Origin: a phage
Direction: 5' to 3' (one strand)
DNA length: 39,466 nucleotides
Sequence record: PZ445457.1
Shown: piece by piece, positions 27,686 through 37,146 of the stretch
Position numbering within the stretch: the first letter of the stretch is position 1
How the letters are laid out: every line of letters starts with the position of its first letter
Notes under the pieces: generated by a model
What the model was told of the DNA's origin: nothing
The model's input: only the letters and a program-made list of their open reading frames with translations
Databases searched by the model: none
Translations under genes and position numbers: made by a program

Positions 27686-29800
27686 ATGTTACTATCCGAC
27701 ATCGAAACAAACGGGTTGCTGCACAACGTTAGTCAATTTCACTGTGCGGTGACTTACGACTACACAACTGACCAGTACATCCGTTACCGACCTGATGACT
27801 TTGGGGCATACATTGATGCACTCGAAGCCGAGGTTGCTCGTGGTGGTCTCATTGTGTTCCACAACGGTCACAAGTATGACGTTCCTGTTATCGAGAAGCT
27901 GGCGAAGCTGATTCTGAATCGTGACGTTAAGTTCCCGAAAGAGAACGTCTTGGACACCTTAGTGATGTCCCGACTGATTTACTCTAACATCAAAGACACT
28001 GATGCTGGTCTGCTGCGTTCTGGCAAGCTGCCGGGTAAACGCTTTGGCTCTCACGCTCTTGAGGCGTGGGGCTACCGCTTAGGCGAAATGAAGGGTGAGT
28101 ACAAGGACGACTTTAAGAAGTCACTGGAAGAGTCTGGTGATGAATACGAAGAGGGGATGGAGTGGCTGTTCTTCAACGAAGACATGATGGAGTATAACGT
28201 TCAAGACGTTGTAGTTACCAAGGCACTCTTTGAGAAACTGTGTAGTAACACTTTCTATTTCCCGAACGAGACACCCGCTGGAAGCACAGAAGCAGAACGT
28301 TTCTGGAACGGTAGCCTTGAGGCTGTCAAGCTGGAACATGATGCTGCTTGGTTGTTAGCTAAGATGGAACGTAACGGTTTCCCTATTGACATCAAGTCCT
28401 TAGAGAATCTTTACGCTGAACTAGCTGGTCGCCGTGGTGAACTTCTGGTCGAACTGACCAACACTTTCGGTTCGTGGTATCAGGCCAAGGGTGGCGTTGA
28501 GGCGTTCCGTCATCCGAGAACTGGTAAGCCGCTCACTAAGTATCCTCGTGTGAAGTATCCGAAACAGGGTGGCATATTTAAGAAGCCAAAGAACAAGAAG
28601 CAACGTGAAGGTCTGGAACCTTGTGAACTGGACACTCGCGATTATGTAGAGGGCGCTCCGTATACGCCTGTAGAGCACGTTGTGTTTAACCCTGCAAGTC
28701 GTGAACACATCACCCGTGTGCTTACCAAAGCTGGATGGGTTCCCGTTGAGTTCACTCCGAGTGGTGCACCAAAGGTAGACGATGAGGTATTGGAACACGT
28801 TAAGGTAGACGACCCGGATGCACAGCGTTGCATTGAGTTGATTAAAGAATACCTTATGATTCAGAAACGTATCGGTCAGGTTGCTGAAGGTGATAACGGC
28901 TGGCTCCGAATGATTGGAGACGATGGTCGTATTCACGGTAGCGTTAACCCGAACGGTGCGGTAACTGGACGTGCAACTCATAGTTTCCCTAACGTGGCAC
29001 AGGTGCCTTCAATCCGTGCTGCATATGGTGAACCTTGCCGTGCTGCTTTCGGTGCCGAGCACAACATGAAAGACGGTAAGCCAGACCCTTGGATTCAAGT
29101 TGGTGTGGATGCGTCCGGCCTTGAGCTACGCTGCTTGGGTCACTTCATGTATCGCTATGATGAGGGAGAGTACGTTGAGACCATCCTCACTGGTGACATC
29201 CATACGAAGAACCAATTGGCTGCGGGTCTACCGACTCGTGACAACGCTAAGACGTTTATCTATGGGTTCCTCTATGGTGCTGGTGCTGCGAAGATTGGAC
29301 AGATTGTTGGTGGTACTGCCGAAGATGGTAAGCGCCTCATCAAGAACTTCCTTGAGCAAACTCCGGCTATCGCTGCGTTGCGTGAAGCAATCACAGGTAC
29401 ACTCGTCAAGGACTCTAAGTGGGTTGGCGGTGAACAGAAAGTAACTTGGAAACGCCGTTGGGTTCGTGGCTTGGATGGTCGTAAAGTACACGTCCGTAGT
29501 CCCCACGCTGCGTTGAACACCTTGTTGCAATCTGCTGGTGCTCTGATTTGTAAACTGTGGATTGTAGAGACTGAGCGTCTGTTACTGGAAGCTGGCCTGA
29601 AGCATGGCTGGGATGGTGACTTTGCGTACATGGCTTGGGTCCACGACGAAATTCAGGTAGCTGCTCGTACACAAGAGATTGCCGATAAGATTGTCAAGTT
29701 GGCACAACAAGCGATGCGTAATGTGGGAGACCACTTTAACTTTAGATGTCAGTTAGATACCGAAGGTAAGACTGGCGCAAACTGGAAAGATTGTCACTAA
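27686..29800 (+). CDS. gene 5: DNA polymerase gp5 (704 aa), family A with 3'-5' exonuclease
   Basis: Exo motif SDIETNGL; thioredoxin-binding region; pol motifs YGFLYGAG and HDEIQV; collinear with recalled T7 gp5. Confidence 0.98.
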   Translation: MLLSDIETNGLLHNVSQFHCAVTYDYTTDQYIRYRPDDFGAYIDALEAEVARGGLIVFHNGHKYDVPVIEKLAKLILNRDVKFPKENVLDTLVMSRLIYSNIKDTDAGLLRSGKLPGKRFGSHALEAWGYRLGEMKGEYKDDFKKSLEESGDEYEEGMEWLFFNEDMMEYNVQDVVVTKALFEKLCSNTFYFPNETPAGSTEAERFWNGSLEAVKLEHDAAWLLAKMERNGFPIDIKSLENLYAELAGRRGELLVELTNTFGSWYQAKGGVEAFRHPRTGKPLTKYPRVKYPKQGGIFKKPKNKKQREGLEPCELDTRDYVEGAPYTPVEHVVFNPASREHITRVLTKAGWVPVEFTPSGAPKVDDEVLEHVKVDDPDAQRCIELIKEYLMIQKRIGQVAEGDNGWLRMIGDDGRIHGSVNPNGAVTGRATHSFPNVAQVPSIRAAYGEPCRAAFGAEHNMKDGKPDPWIQVGVDASGLELRCLGHFMYRYDEGEYVETILTGDIHTKNQLAAGLPTRDNAKTFIYGFLYGAGAAKIGQIVGGTAEDGKRLIKNFLEQTPAIAALREAITGTLVKDSKWVGGEQKVTWKRRWVRGLDGRKVHVRSPHAALNTLLQSAGALICKLWIVETERLLLEAGLKHGWDGDFAYMAWVHDEIQVAARTQEIADKIVKLAQQAMRNVGDHFNFRCQLDTEGKTGANWKDCH

Positions 29801-29815
29801 TACAGGAGGCCGCTT

Positions 29816-30043
29816 ATGGCATGGCGATACAGGATTCGGGAAGTCCGAATAACTACAGGTGAGACTTTATACTACCCACAGTTCCGTCATGCGTGGCTAC
29901 CATTCTGGTTCCACTTTAAGGGCTACACAGAAGAACGTAGGGTGTCATTCACTTATTATTCCGAAGCATTGGGGTTCATCAATGAATGTAAACTAAATGA
30001 TGAACCTGAGGAACGGAATGTTATCAGAAACCACTATCTTTAA
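29816..30043 (+). CDS. Hypothetical protein (75 aa), gene 5.3 position
   Basis: RBS aggagg; aromatic-rich sequence; no recognised motif. Confidence 0.55.
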   Translation: MAWRYRIREVRITTGETLYYPQFRHAWLPFWFHFKGYTEERRVSFTYYSEALGFINECKLNDEPEERNVIRNHYL

Positions 30044-30055
30044 AGGAGAAACATC

Positions 30056-30349
30056 ATGGTTATTACTAAACGTTTTAAAGTATCGTTCGAAATGACTGTT
30101 AAGGTGGACTCTGAGACCGAAGTTATGATTCAGGAACGTATCTTAGACTTGGCTCGCAGTGTACGTGATGGCGAGAAAGTCAGTGCACAGGACAAAGAGT
30201 TGCTTGTTCAGGCTCTGACTTACGGTGCAGATGGTGCTGTGGCCTTTGCTGTTAAGCAGGGTGTCCGTAATGAAATCCGTGAGATGGGCATTGAGCACCA
30301 CGGAGAAGGCATTAAGTTTGCACCAGCAACTATCCGTGAGGTGAAGTAA
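30056..30349 (+). CDS. gene 5.5: gp5.5, H-NS-binding protein (97 aa)
   Basis: M.ITKRFKVSF..T.K...E......ATIREV. resembles recalled T7 gp5.5. Confidence 0.8.
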   Translation: MVITKRFKVSFEMTVKVDSETEVMIQERILDLARSVRDGEKVSAQDKELLVQALTYGADGAVAFAVKQGVRNEIREMGIEHHGEGIKFAPATIREVK

Positions 30350-30558
30350 TGGGTGAATATCTACGTGTACTGGCGGCTATCAAAAGCTGCCCTAAGACCT
30401 TTCAGTCGAACTATGTGCGCAACAATGCGTCACTGGTGGCTGAGGCTGCGAGCCGTGGTCATATCTCTTGCCTATCAGTCGATGGGCGTAATGCTGGCGC
30501 TTGGGAAGTAACAGGCGCTGGTGTCCGATTCCTGAAGAAGATGGGAGGTTGCGTATGA
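30349..30558 (+). CDS. gene 5.7: gp5.7 (69 aa)
   Basis: ...YL.VL.AIKSCPKTFQSNYVRNNASLVAEAASRGHISCL...GGCV nearly identical to recalled T7 gp5.7. Confidence 0.9.
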   Translation: MGEYLRVLAAIKSCPKTFQSNYVRNNASLVAEAASRGHISCLSVDGRNAGAWEVTGAGVRFLKKMGGCV

Positions 30559-31469
30559 GTGCAATTACACTGAAGGAGTTCTATGAGTTACGCCAAGGCA
30601 AATCTGATAAGGGTGTCTTGGTCATGGATGGTGACTGGCTGGTATTCCAAGCGATGGCAGCAAGTGAAGTCGAAACCGATTGGGGTGACGATGTGTGGAC
30701 CTTAGAGTGTGACCATGCGAAAGCGTGGAATATCCTCGTGGATTCCATTAAGTCCTATGCGAGCCGTAAGAAGGCTTGGCGTGATGCACCTATCGTATTG
30801 GCCTTCACTGACTCTGTGAACTGGCGTAAGGAACTGGTGGACCCAACCTATAAGGAGAACCGTAAGGCATCCCGTAAGCCTGTAGGCTACCGTGCGTTCG
30901 TCGAGCGTGTTCAAGCCTGTGAGGACTGGACGTCTATCCTTGAGGACCGACTTGAGGGCGATGACGTAATGGGAATCATTGGGTCTGGTGCTAAACACTT
31001 TGGTTTCAAGAAGGCTGTGCTGGTCTCCTGTGATAAGGACTTTAAGACCATCCCTGATTGTGACTTCTTGTGGTGCACTACTGGTAACATCTTGACTCAA
31101 GACCAGACTACTGCTGACTACTGGCACATCTATCAGACCATTAAAGGTGACTTGACTGATGGCTATGGTGGCATTCCGGGCTGGGGAGAGACTACCGCTG
31201 AGTGGCTTGAGAACCCATATGCCTTTGAACAGGTTGAGAAAACCTTTAAGTCTGGTGCCCGTAAGGGTCAGACGGTTCTCGAATGGAAGAAGGTCGACAT
31301 GGGTGAGCGAACCTTATGGGAAGCGATTGTGACCCTCGGTGCCAAAGCTGGGATGACCGAAGAGGAAATCATTAAGCAAGGCCAGATGGCTCGCATCCTG
31401 CGTTTCGAAGAGTACAACTTTATCGACAAGGAGATTTACCTATGGTCGCCGGAACAGTTGCGTTCGTAA
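30555..31469 (+). CDS. gene 6: 5'-3' exonuclease gp6 (304 aa)
   Basis: Internal ATG overlapping the 5.7 stop; ...KGVLVMDGDWLVFQAM..., APIVLAFTDSVNWRKELVDPTYK.NRK, SCDKDFKTIPDCDFLWCTTGNILTQ, GMTEEEIIKQGQMARILRFEEYNFIDKEIYLW match recalled T7 gp6. Confidence 0.95.
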   Translation: MSAITLKEFYELRQGKSDKGVLVMDGDWLVFQAMAASEVETDWGDDVWTLECDHAKAWNILVDSIKSYASRKKAWRDAPIVLAFTDSVNWRKELVDPTYKENRKASRKPVGYRAFVERVQACEDWTSILEDRLEGDDVMGIIGSGAKHFGFKKAVLVSCDKDFKTIPDCDFLWCTTGNILTQDQTTADYWHIYQTIKGDLTDGYGGIPGWGETTAEWLENPYAFEQVEKTFKSGARKGQTVLEWKKVDMGERTLWEAIVTLGAKAGMTEEEIIKQGQMARILRFEEYNFIDKEIYLWSPEQLRS

Positions 31470-31555
31470 TGTTCGCAATCGTAGCCTTCGCTATGGTGTG
31501 GGCTGCATTTATAGCTAAGAGTGTGTAACTCTAGGCATTCTTCTCTACGTGAAAT

Positions 31556-31578
31556 CAATACGACTCACTATTGGAGAG
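31556..31578 (+). promoter_or_regulatory. Phage RNAP promoter (phi6.5-like)
   Basis: caatacgactcactattggagag. Confidence 0.7.
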
Positions 31579-31631
31579 GGGTGCCTATATGATACCTACT
31601 TTAAGTTCTAACTTTAAGGAGAACATTAATT

Positions 31632-31877
31632 ATGTTAACCCCTATCAAGAAGTATATGGAGAACCCACAAGATATTCCTAATGTTCCTCGGAGTGTTATG
31701 GAGTATCTACAGGTTCAATACAATGCTGGATATGCTATTCAGTCAGGTCTAATCAACCGATTGAAACAGGCTGGATGGTCTGAAAGCTACATTGCTGGGT
31801 TCCTTGCGGGTCTCAACTATGCGTCCCAAACTCTGGATGACATGGAGGCAATCCGTAAGGAACAGGCTGAGTCCTAA
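31632..31877 (+). CDS. gene 6.5: gp6.5-like protein (81 aa)
   Basis: RBS taaggag; positional equivalent of T7 gene 6.5. Confidence 0.7.
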   Translation: MLTPIKKYMENPQDIPNVPRSVMEYLQVQYNAGYAIQSGLINRLKQAGWSESYIAGFLAGLNYASQTLDDMEAIRKEQAES

Positions 31878-31892
31878 TCATATGGAGGTCTT

Positions 31893-32165
31893 ATGTGCTT
31901 TTCACCAAAGATTAAGACACCTAAAGTAAATACAGATACTGTCCGAGCTATTGACCCAGCGCCACTGACTGAGGAACCGAAAGGTATTCTCTTTGGAGGC
32001 GATGAGGACACCGATAGCGGAACCTCGTCTGAGGTGCCAACGGGCGGCAAGAAGTCGCTTAAGGTGAAACTGGATGACTCCGTTGAGAAATCCAAGAAGG
32101 CTGATGATGCAGCCAAGAAGAAGTCCAAGTCTGGTATTCGTACCAGTGTCTTTAAGAAGAAATAA
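31893..32165 (+). CDS. gene 6.7: gp6.7 virion protein (90 aa)
   Basis: MCFSPKIKTPK....T...RA..PAPLT.E matches recalled T7 gp6.7 N-terminus; lysine-rich C-terminus. Confidence 0.85.
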   Translation: MCFSPKIKTPKVNTDTVRAIDPAPLTEEPKGILFGGDEDTDSGTSSEVPTGGKKSLKVKLDDSVEKSKKADDAAKKKSKSGIRTSVFKKK

Positions 32166-32179
32166 TTAGGAGGTGTATC

Positions 32180-32536
32180 ATGGGTTGGGGCAAAAAGATT
32201 CGCAAATCAGTCAAGAAGGCTGTCAGGAAAGTAACCAAGCCTGTAGAGAAAGCTGTTAAGCAGGTCGGTAAGGCTGGTGAAGACATCGTTAAAGGTGCTG
32301 CTGGTGTCGTTAGTGGTGTTCTGGCTGGTGGTAAGCCTGATGTACAAGTCGTTGAGACCCCTGCTGCTGCTGTACAGGCTGCACCTCCGGCTGCACAGAT
32401 TATCGAGCCACCGAGTAAAGACGATGTAGACTCCGATGATGGTGCACAGACTGAATCAGGTAAGAAGAAAGCCCGTGCTGGCGGTAAGAAATCTCTAAGT
32501 GTCGCTCGCAGTTCTGGCGGTGGTCTTAACATTTAA
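32180..32536 (+). CDS. gene 7.3: gp7.3 virion/tail-associated protein (118 aa)
   Basis: C-terminus AQTESGKKKARAGGKKSLSVARSSGGGLNI matches recalled T7 gp7.3. Confidence 0.9.
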   Translation: MGWGKKIRKSVKKAVRKVTKPVEKAVKQVGKAGEDIVKGAAGVVSGVLAGGKPDVQVVETPAAAVQAAPPAAQIIEPPSKDDVDSDDGAQTESGKKKARAGGKKSLSVARSSGGGLNI

Positions 32537-32548
32537 TAAGGAGGCACT

Positions 32549-34150
32549 ATGGCAAGCTCACAGAAACGTGAAGGCTTTGCGGAGAATGGTGCCAAGGCTG
32601 TGTATGACGCATTGAAGAACGATCGGAACTCCTATGAGACCCGTGCGGAAAACTGTGCGAAGTACACAATCCCCTCGTTGTTCCCTAAAGACTCCGACAA
32701 CGCATCAACCGACTACACCACTCCGTGGCAAGCAGTAGGTGCTCGTGGACTGAACAACTTGGCCTCTAAGCTCATGCTCGCTCTGTTCCCTATGCAGACT
32801 TGGATGAAGCTGACCATCTCTGAGTTCGAAGCGAAACAATTGGTTGCACAACCTGCTGAACTGGCGAAGGTCGAAGAGGGTCTCTCAATGGTCGAGCGTA
32901 TCTTGATGAACTACATCGAGTCAAACTCATACCGTGTGACACTCTTTGAGACCCTGAAGCAGTTGGTCGTAGCGGGTAACGCTCTGCTCTACATCCCGGA
33001 ACCTGAAGGTACTTACAATCCCATGAAGTTATACCGACTGTCTTCTTATGTTGTCCAACGAGACGCATTCGGCACGGTACTACAGATTGTGACCTTGGAT
33101 AAGACTGCCTATGCAGCACTACCAGAAGACGTAAGGAACTCTATGGACTCCGGTACGGAACATAAAGGCGATGAAATGATTGACGTGTATACTCACATTT
33201 ATCTCGATGAGGAATCAGGCGAATACCTGAAGTACGAAGAGATTGATGGAGTCGAAGTTGATGGTACAGATGCTTCTTATCCGGTGGACGCTTGTCCTTA
33301 TATCCCGGTTCGCATGGTACGCATTGATGGGGAATCATACGGTCGTTCATACTGTGAGGAATACTTGGGTGACTTACGTTCCCTTGAGAACCTTCAGGAA
33401 GCTATCGTCAAGATGTCCATGATTAGTGCAAAGGTTATCGGCTTGGTAAACCCTGCTGGCATCACACAGGTTCGACGCTTGACCAAAGCACAGACTGGTG
33501 ACTTCGTGTCCGGTCGTCCAGAAGACATCTCGTTCCTGCAACTCGAAAAGGCCGCTGACTTCTCCGTGGCTCGTGCTGTTAGTGAACAGATTGAAGGCCG
33601 ACTGTCCTATGCCTTTATGCTGAACTCCGCTGTGCAACGTACTGGTGAGCGTGTGACTGCCGAAGAGATTCGTTATGTTGCATCTGAACTCGAAGATACC
33701 CTTGGTGGTGTCTATTCGATTCTCTCACAGGAACTTCAGTTGCCAATGGTGCGTGTCCTGCTGAAACAACTTCAAGCAACCAATCAGATTCCTGAGTTAC
33801 CGAAAGAGGCCGTTGAGCCTACTATCAGTACCGGGATGGAAGCATTGGGTCGTGGTCAAGACCTCGATAAGCTGGAACGCTGTATTGCTGCGTGGTCTGC
33901 TCTTGCTCCTATGCAGAATGACCCGGACATCAACATTGCGACCATTAAGTTGCGCATTGCGAACGCTATCGGCATCGACACTTCTGGTATCCTTAAGACA
34001 CCTGAAGAGAAGCAACAAGAGATGGCTGAGGCCGCTCAAGGCACTGCTATGGAGAACGCTGCTGCGTCTGCTGGTGCTGGTGCTGGTGCTCTGGCTACCG
34101 CAAGCCCTGAGAACATGCAAGCTGCGGCTGAACAGGCTGGCATGATTTAA
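32549..34150 (+). CDS. gene 8: Portal (head-tail connector) protein gp8 (533 aa)
   Basis: Long collinear identity with recalled T7 gp8 (YTIPSLFPKDSDNASTDY.TPWQAVGARGLNNLASKLMLALFPMQTWM, GESYGRSY.EEYLGDLRSLENLQEAIVKMSMIS). Confidence 0.98.
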   Translation: MASSQKREGFAENGAKAVYDALKNDRNSYETRAENCAKYTIPSLFPKDSDNASTDYTTPWQAVGARGLNNLASKLMLALFPMQTWMKLTISEFEAKQLVAQPAELAKVEEGLSMVERILMNYIESNSYRVTLFETLKQLVVAGNALLYIPEPEGTYNPMKLYRLSSYVVQRDAFGTVLQIVTLDKTAYAALPEDVRNSMDSGTEHKGDEMIDVYTHIYLDEESGEYLKYEEIDGVEVDGTDASYPVDACPYIPVRMVRIDGESYGRSYCEEYLGDLRSLENLQEAIVKMSMISAKVIGLVNPAGITQVRRLTKAQTGDFVSGRPEDISFLQLEKAADFSVARAVSEQIEGRLSYAFMLNSAVQRTGERVTAEEIRYVASELEDTLGGVYSILSQELQLPMVRVLLKQLQATNQIPELPKEAVEPTISTGMEALGRGQDLDKLERCIAAWSALAPMQNDPDINIATIKLRIANAIGIDTSGILKTPEEKQQEMAEAAQGTAMENAAASAGAGAGALATASPENMQAAAEQAGMI

Positions 34151-34170
34151 TACGACTCACTAATGGGAGA
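34148..34170 (+). promoter_or_regulatory. Phage RNAP promoter (phi9-like)
   Basis: ttaatacgactcactaatgggag overlapping the gene 8 stop. Confidence 0.8.
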
Positions 34171-34222
34171 GACACCACGTCCTCCCTTTGAGTTCAAACT
34201 TTAATTGAAGGAGATTACAATT

Positions 34223-35134
34223 ATGGCTGGTGAATCTAACGCTGATGTATACGCATCTTTTGGTGTGAACTCTGCGGTTGTCGGTGGGTCTACTCCTACT
34301 GACCACGAACAGGCTATGCTTGAACTCGACGTTGCTGCCCGTGATGGTGATGATGCAATCGAGTTAGTAAGTAATGATGACCCGTATGGCAATCCAGACC
34401 CGTTCGGTGAGGAAGACGAAGACCGCACTGAGATTCGTATCTCCACTGATGGTGAACCTGAAGTAAGCGAAGATGGCGAAATCGAATACGAAGAGGCAGA
34501 AGGTGACGAAGCTGATGGTTTCGAACCAGTTGGTGACATTCCGGCTGAACTGAATGAAGCCTCAAGTCAACTCGAAGAGCATGAAGCTGGCTTTGAAGAG
34601 ATGGTCAATCAGGCTGCTGAACGTGGTCTGTCAGAAGAGACCATTGTCCGTATCCAACAGGAGTATGGCGAAGATGGCCTGTCAGAAGAGTCTTATGAAG
34701 AACTGGCGAAGGCTGGTTACTCTAAGTCCTTTGTTGACTCCTACATCCGTGGTCAGGAAGCTCTGGTAGACCAGTACGTTAAGTCTGTCATGCAGTTCGC
34801 TGGTGGTGAAGAACAGTTCCAAGCAATCTATAGTCACCTCGAAGTATCAAACCCTGATGCTGCCGAGTCTCTGATTAGTGCTCTGGAAAATCGTGACATC
34901 GCTACAGTGAAGGCTATCGTAAATCTCGCTGGTGCAAGCCGTGCGAAGACTTTCGGTAAACCTGCTGCTCGCAGTATCTCTAAACGTGCCGTACCTGCTG
35001 CACCTGTGCGCACCAAACAGTCTGGCTTTGAGTCACAGGCTGAGATGATTAGTGCAATGTCTGACCCTCGCTACCGCACGGACTCTAAGTTCCGAGCAGA
35101 AGTTGAGCGCAAGATGATGTACAGTCAGTTCTAA
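34223..35134 (+). CDS. gene 9: Capsid assembly (scaffolding) protein gp9 (303 aa)
   Basis: MAGESNADVYASFGVNSAV... and C-terminal AMSDPRYRTDSKFRAEVERKMMYSQF match recalled T7 gp9; start is an internal ATG after RBS gaaggag. Confidence 0.95.
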   Translation: MAGESNADVYASFGVNSAVVGGSTPTDHEQAMLELDVAARDGDDAIELVSNDDPYGNPDPFGEEDEDRTEIRISTDGEPEVSEDGEIEYEEAEGDEADGFEPVGDIPAELNEASSQLEEHEAGFEEMVNQAAERGLSEETIVRIQQEYGEDGLSEESYEELAKAGYSKSFVDSYIRGQEALVDQYVKSVMQFAGGEEQFQAIYSHLEVSNPDAAESLISALENRDIATVKAIVNLAGASRAKTFGKPAARSISKRAVPAAPVRTKQSGFESQAEMISAMSDPRYRTDSKFRAEVERKMMYSQF

Positions 35135-35137
35135 AAT

Positions 35138-35160
35138 TAATACGACTCACTATTGGGAGA
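35138..35160 (+). promoter_or_regulatory. Phage RNAP promoter (phi10-like), full consensus match
   Basis: taatacgactcactattgggaga followed by 5' stem-loop gggaga...tctccc and a leader containing ttaaactttaa plus RBS aaggag. Confidence 0.85.
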
Positions 35161-35261
35161 GACATTACGTTCTCCCACTTTGAGTGATACACAATGAGAA
35201 CCAACTCGTTTCAAGTAGTACCTCACACATTAAACTTTAAATCAACAGAAGGAGATTCAAC

Positions 35262-36305
35262 ATGGCTAAGATGAATGGTGGTCAGCAAATTGGTAAAGAC
35301 CAAGGTAAAGGTATGTCTGCTGGTGATAAACTGGCTCTGTTCCTGAAAGTGTTCGGTGGTGAAGTTCTTACCGCGTTTACTCGTACCTCTGTTACCATGA
35401 ACAAACACCTCGTGCGTTCCATTCAGTCCGGTAAGTCCGCGCAGTTCCCTGTGCTGGGTCGTACCAAAGCTGCTTACCTGCAACCGGGTGAGAACCTCGA
35501 TGACAAACGTAAAGACATGAAGCACACTGAGAAGGTCATCAACATCGATGGTCTGCTGACTGCTGACGTTCTGATTTACGACATCGAAGACGCAATGAAC
35601 CACTATGACGTGCGCTCCGAGTATACCGCACAGTTGGGTGAATCTCTTGCGATGGCTGCTGATGGCGCGGTTCTGGCTGAAATGGCTAAACTGTGTAACC
35701 TGCCGTCTGCGTCTAATGAGAACATCGCTGGTCTCGGTAAGGCTTATGTACTGGAAGTTGGCAAGCAGTCTGATCTTCAGGGAGACCAAGTTAAGCTGGG
35801 TCAGGCTATTATCGCACAGTTAACTCTGGCTCGTGCCAAGCTGACTAGCAACTATGTTCCGTCTGCTGACCGTGTGTTCTACACCACTCCAGACAACTAC
35901 TCTGCTATTCTGGCTGCTCTGATGCCTAACGCTGCAAACTATCAGGCTCTGATTGACCCGTCTACTGGCTCTATCCGCAACGTTATGGGCTTCGAAGTTA
36001 TTGAGGTTCCGCATCTGACTGCTGGTGGTGCTGGCGAAGACCGTCCAGAAGAGGGTGTAAATCCGACTGGTCAGAAACATGCGTTCCCTGAGACTTCCTC
36101 TGGTGACACCCGTGTTGCTCTGGACAACGTTGTCGGTCTGTTCAATCACCGCTCTGCCGTTGGTACTGTTAAGCTGAAAGATATGGCACTGGAACGTGCT
36201 CGTCGAGCTAACTTCCAAGCAGACCAGATTATCGCTAAGTACGCTATGGGTCACGGTGGTCTGCGCCCTGAAGCATGTGGTGCGCTGGTTTTCAACAAGG
36301 CTTAA
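35262..36305 (+). CDS. gene 10A: Major capsid protein gp10A (347 aa)
   Basis: Collinear with recalled T7 gp10A (GDKLALFLKVFGGEVLTAF.RTSVT, DKRKD.KHTEKVI.IDGLLTADVLIYDIEDAMNHYDVRSEYT, ERARRANFQADQIIAKYAMGHGGLRPEA). Confidence 0.98.
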   Translation: MAKMNGGQQIGKDQGKGMSAGDKLALFLKVFGGEVLTAFTRTSVTMNKHLVRSIQSGKSAQFPVLGRTKAAYLQPGENLDDKRKDMKHTEKVINIDGLLTADVLIYDIEDAMNHYDVRSEYTAQLGESLAMAADGAVLAEMAKLCNLPSASNENIAGLGKAYVLEVGKQSDLQGDQVKLGQAIIAQLTLARAKLTSNYVPSADRVFYTTPDNYSAILAALMPNAANYQALIDPSTGSIRNVMGFEVIEVPHLTAGGAGEDRPEEGVNPTGQKHAFPETSSGDTRVALDNVVGLFNHRSAVGTVKLKDMALERARRANFQADQIIAKYAMGHGGLRPEACGALVFNKA

Positions 36306-36439
36306 CTTCTCGCAAACTCGTAGGGGACACTGAGTCCCTTACTGAAGTTGAGCAAGAGCTAACGCCACAACAGAAAGCTGCCCGTACCCGTGCGGCAAAC
36401 AAGGCTCGAAAGGAAGCTGAGTTAGCTGCTACTGAATGA
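35262..36439 (+). CDS. gene 10B: Minor capsid protein gp10B, predicted -1 frameshift product of gene 10 (about 392 aa)
   Basis: Extension after the shift: QQGLTSRKLVGDTESLTEVEQELTPQQKAARTRAANKARKEAELAATE; analogous to T7 10B by established knowledge. Confidence 0.45.
36287..36293 (+). promoter_or_regulatory. Putative -1 programmed ribosomal frameshift slippery site (G GTT TTC) near the end of gene 10A
   Basis: Heptamer GGTTTTC six codons before the 10A stop; the -1 frame is open for 48 more codons to TGA at 36437-36439. Confidence 0.5.
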
Positions 36440-36449
36440 TAACTATATG

Positions 36450-36494
36450 AAACCCCTTGGGTGCCTTCGCGGGTGCTTGAGGGGTTTTTTTTCG
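36450..36494 (+). terminator. Tphi-like terminator for phage RNAP after the capsid gene
   Basis: aaaccccttgggtgcc-ttcgc-gggtgcttgaggggttt long stem with several G-U pairs followed by a T8 tract, like recalled T7 Tphi. Confidence 0.75.
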
Positions 36495-36500
36495 TACCAC

Positions 36501-36523
36501 TAATAGACTCACTAATGGGAGGA
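36501..36523 (+). promoter_or_regulatory. Degenerate phage promoter-like sequence upstream of gene 11
   Basis: taatagactcactaatgggagga; one nt missing relative to consensus at -12. Confidence 0.3.
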
Positions 36524-36530
36524 AATCACT

Positions 36531-37121
36531 ATGCGTTCCTATGAGACTACCCTAGAGACTGGCGAAGAGTTGGCTGCGGTCAATGACATCTTGGCCTCTA
36601 TCGGTGAACCACCTGTGTCCACTTTGGAAGGTGATGCTAACGCCGATGTTACCAATGCTCGTCGAGTTCTCAATAAGATTAACCGACAGATTCAGTCCAA
36701 GGGCTGGACGTTCAACATTGAGGAAGACCAACAGTTGCTACCTGATGTGTTCAACGGATTGATTCCTTACATGTCCGATTACCTGTCTGTGATGACACCG
36801 GGAGGCGCTACTGCCTATGTCAACCGAGGTGGTTACGTGTTTGACCGGACTACTGGAACTGACGTGTTTAAAGAACCAATCACTGTGACCATTATCAAGC
36901 TGAGAGAGTTCTACGAGATGCCTGAGTGTTTCCGCTTCTGGATTGTCACCAAAGCTGCCCGTCAGTTTAACAACAGGTTCTTTGGTGCTCCTGAGATTGA
37001 CGCAGTGTTAGCTGAAGAAGAGCAAGAAGCAAAGATGCAGTGTCACGAGTATGAATTGGACTTTGGTAACTTCAACATGCTTGATGGTGATGCCTTCACT
37101 GGCGGTCTGCTATCTCGCTAA
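36531..37121 (+). CDS. gene 11: Tail tubular protein A gp11 (196 aa)
   Basis: MRSY......[51 protein letters not shown] matches recalled T7 gp11. Confidence 0.97.
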   Translation: MRSYETTLETGEELAAVNDILASIGEPPVSTLEGDANADVTNARRVLNKINRQIQSKGWTFNIEEDQQLLPDVFNGLIPYMSDYLSVMTPGGATAYVNRGGYVFDRTTGTDVFKEPITVTIIKLREFYEMPECFRFWIVTKAARQFNNRFFGAPEIDAVLAEEEQEAKMQCHEYELDFGNFNMLDGDAFTGGLLSR

Positions 37122-37146
37122 TGATAACAACTTAAGGAGGTCTCTA

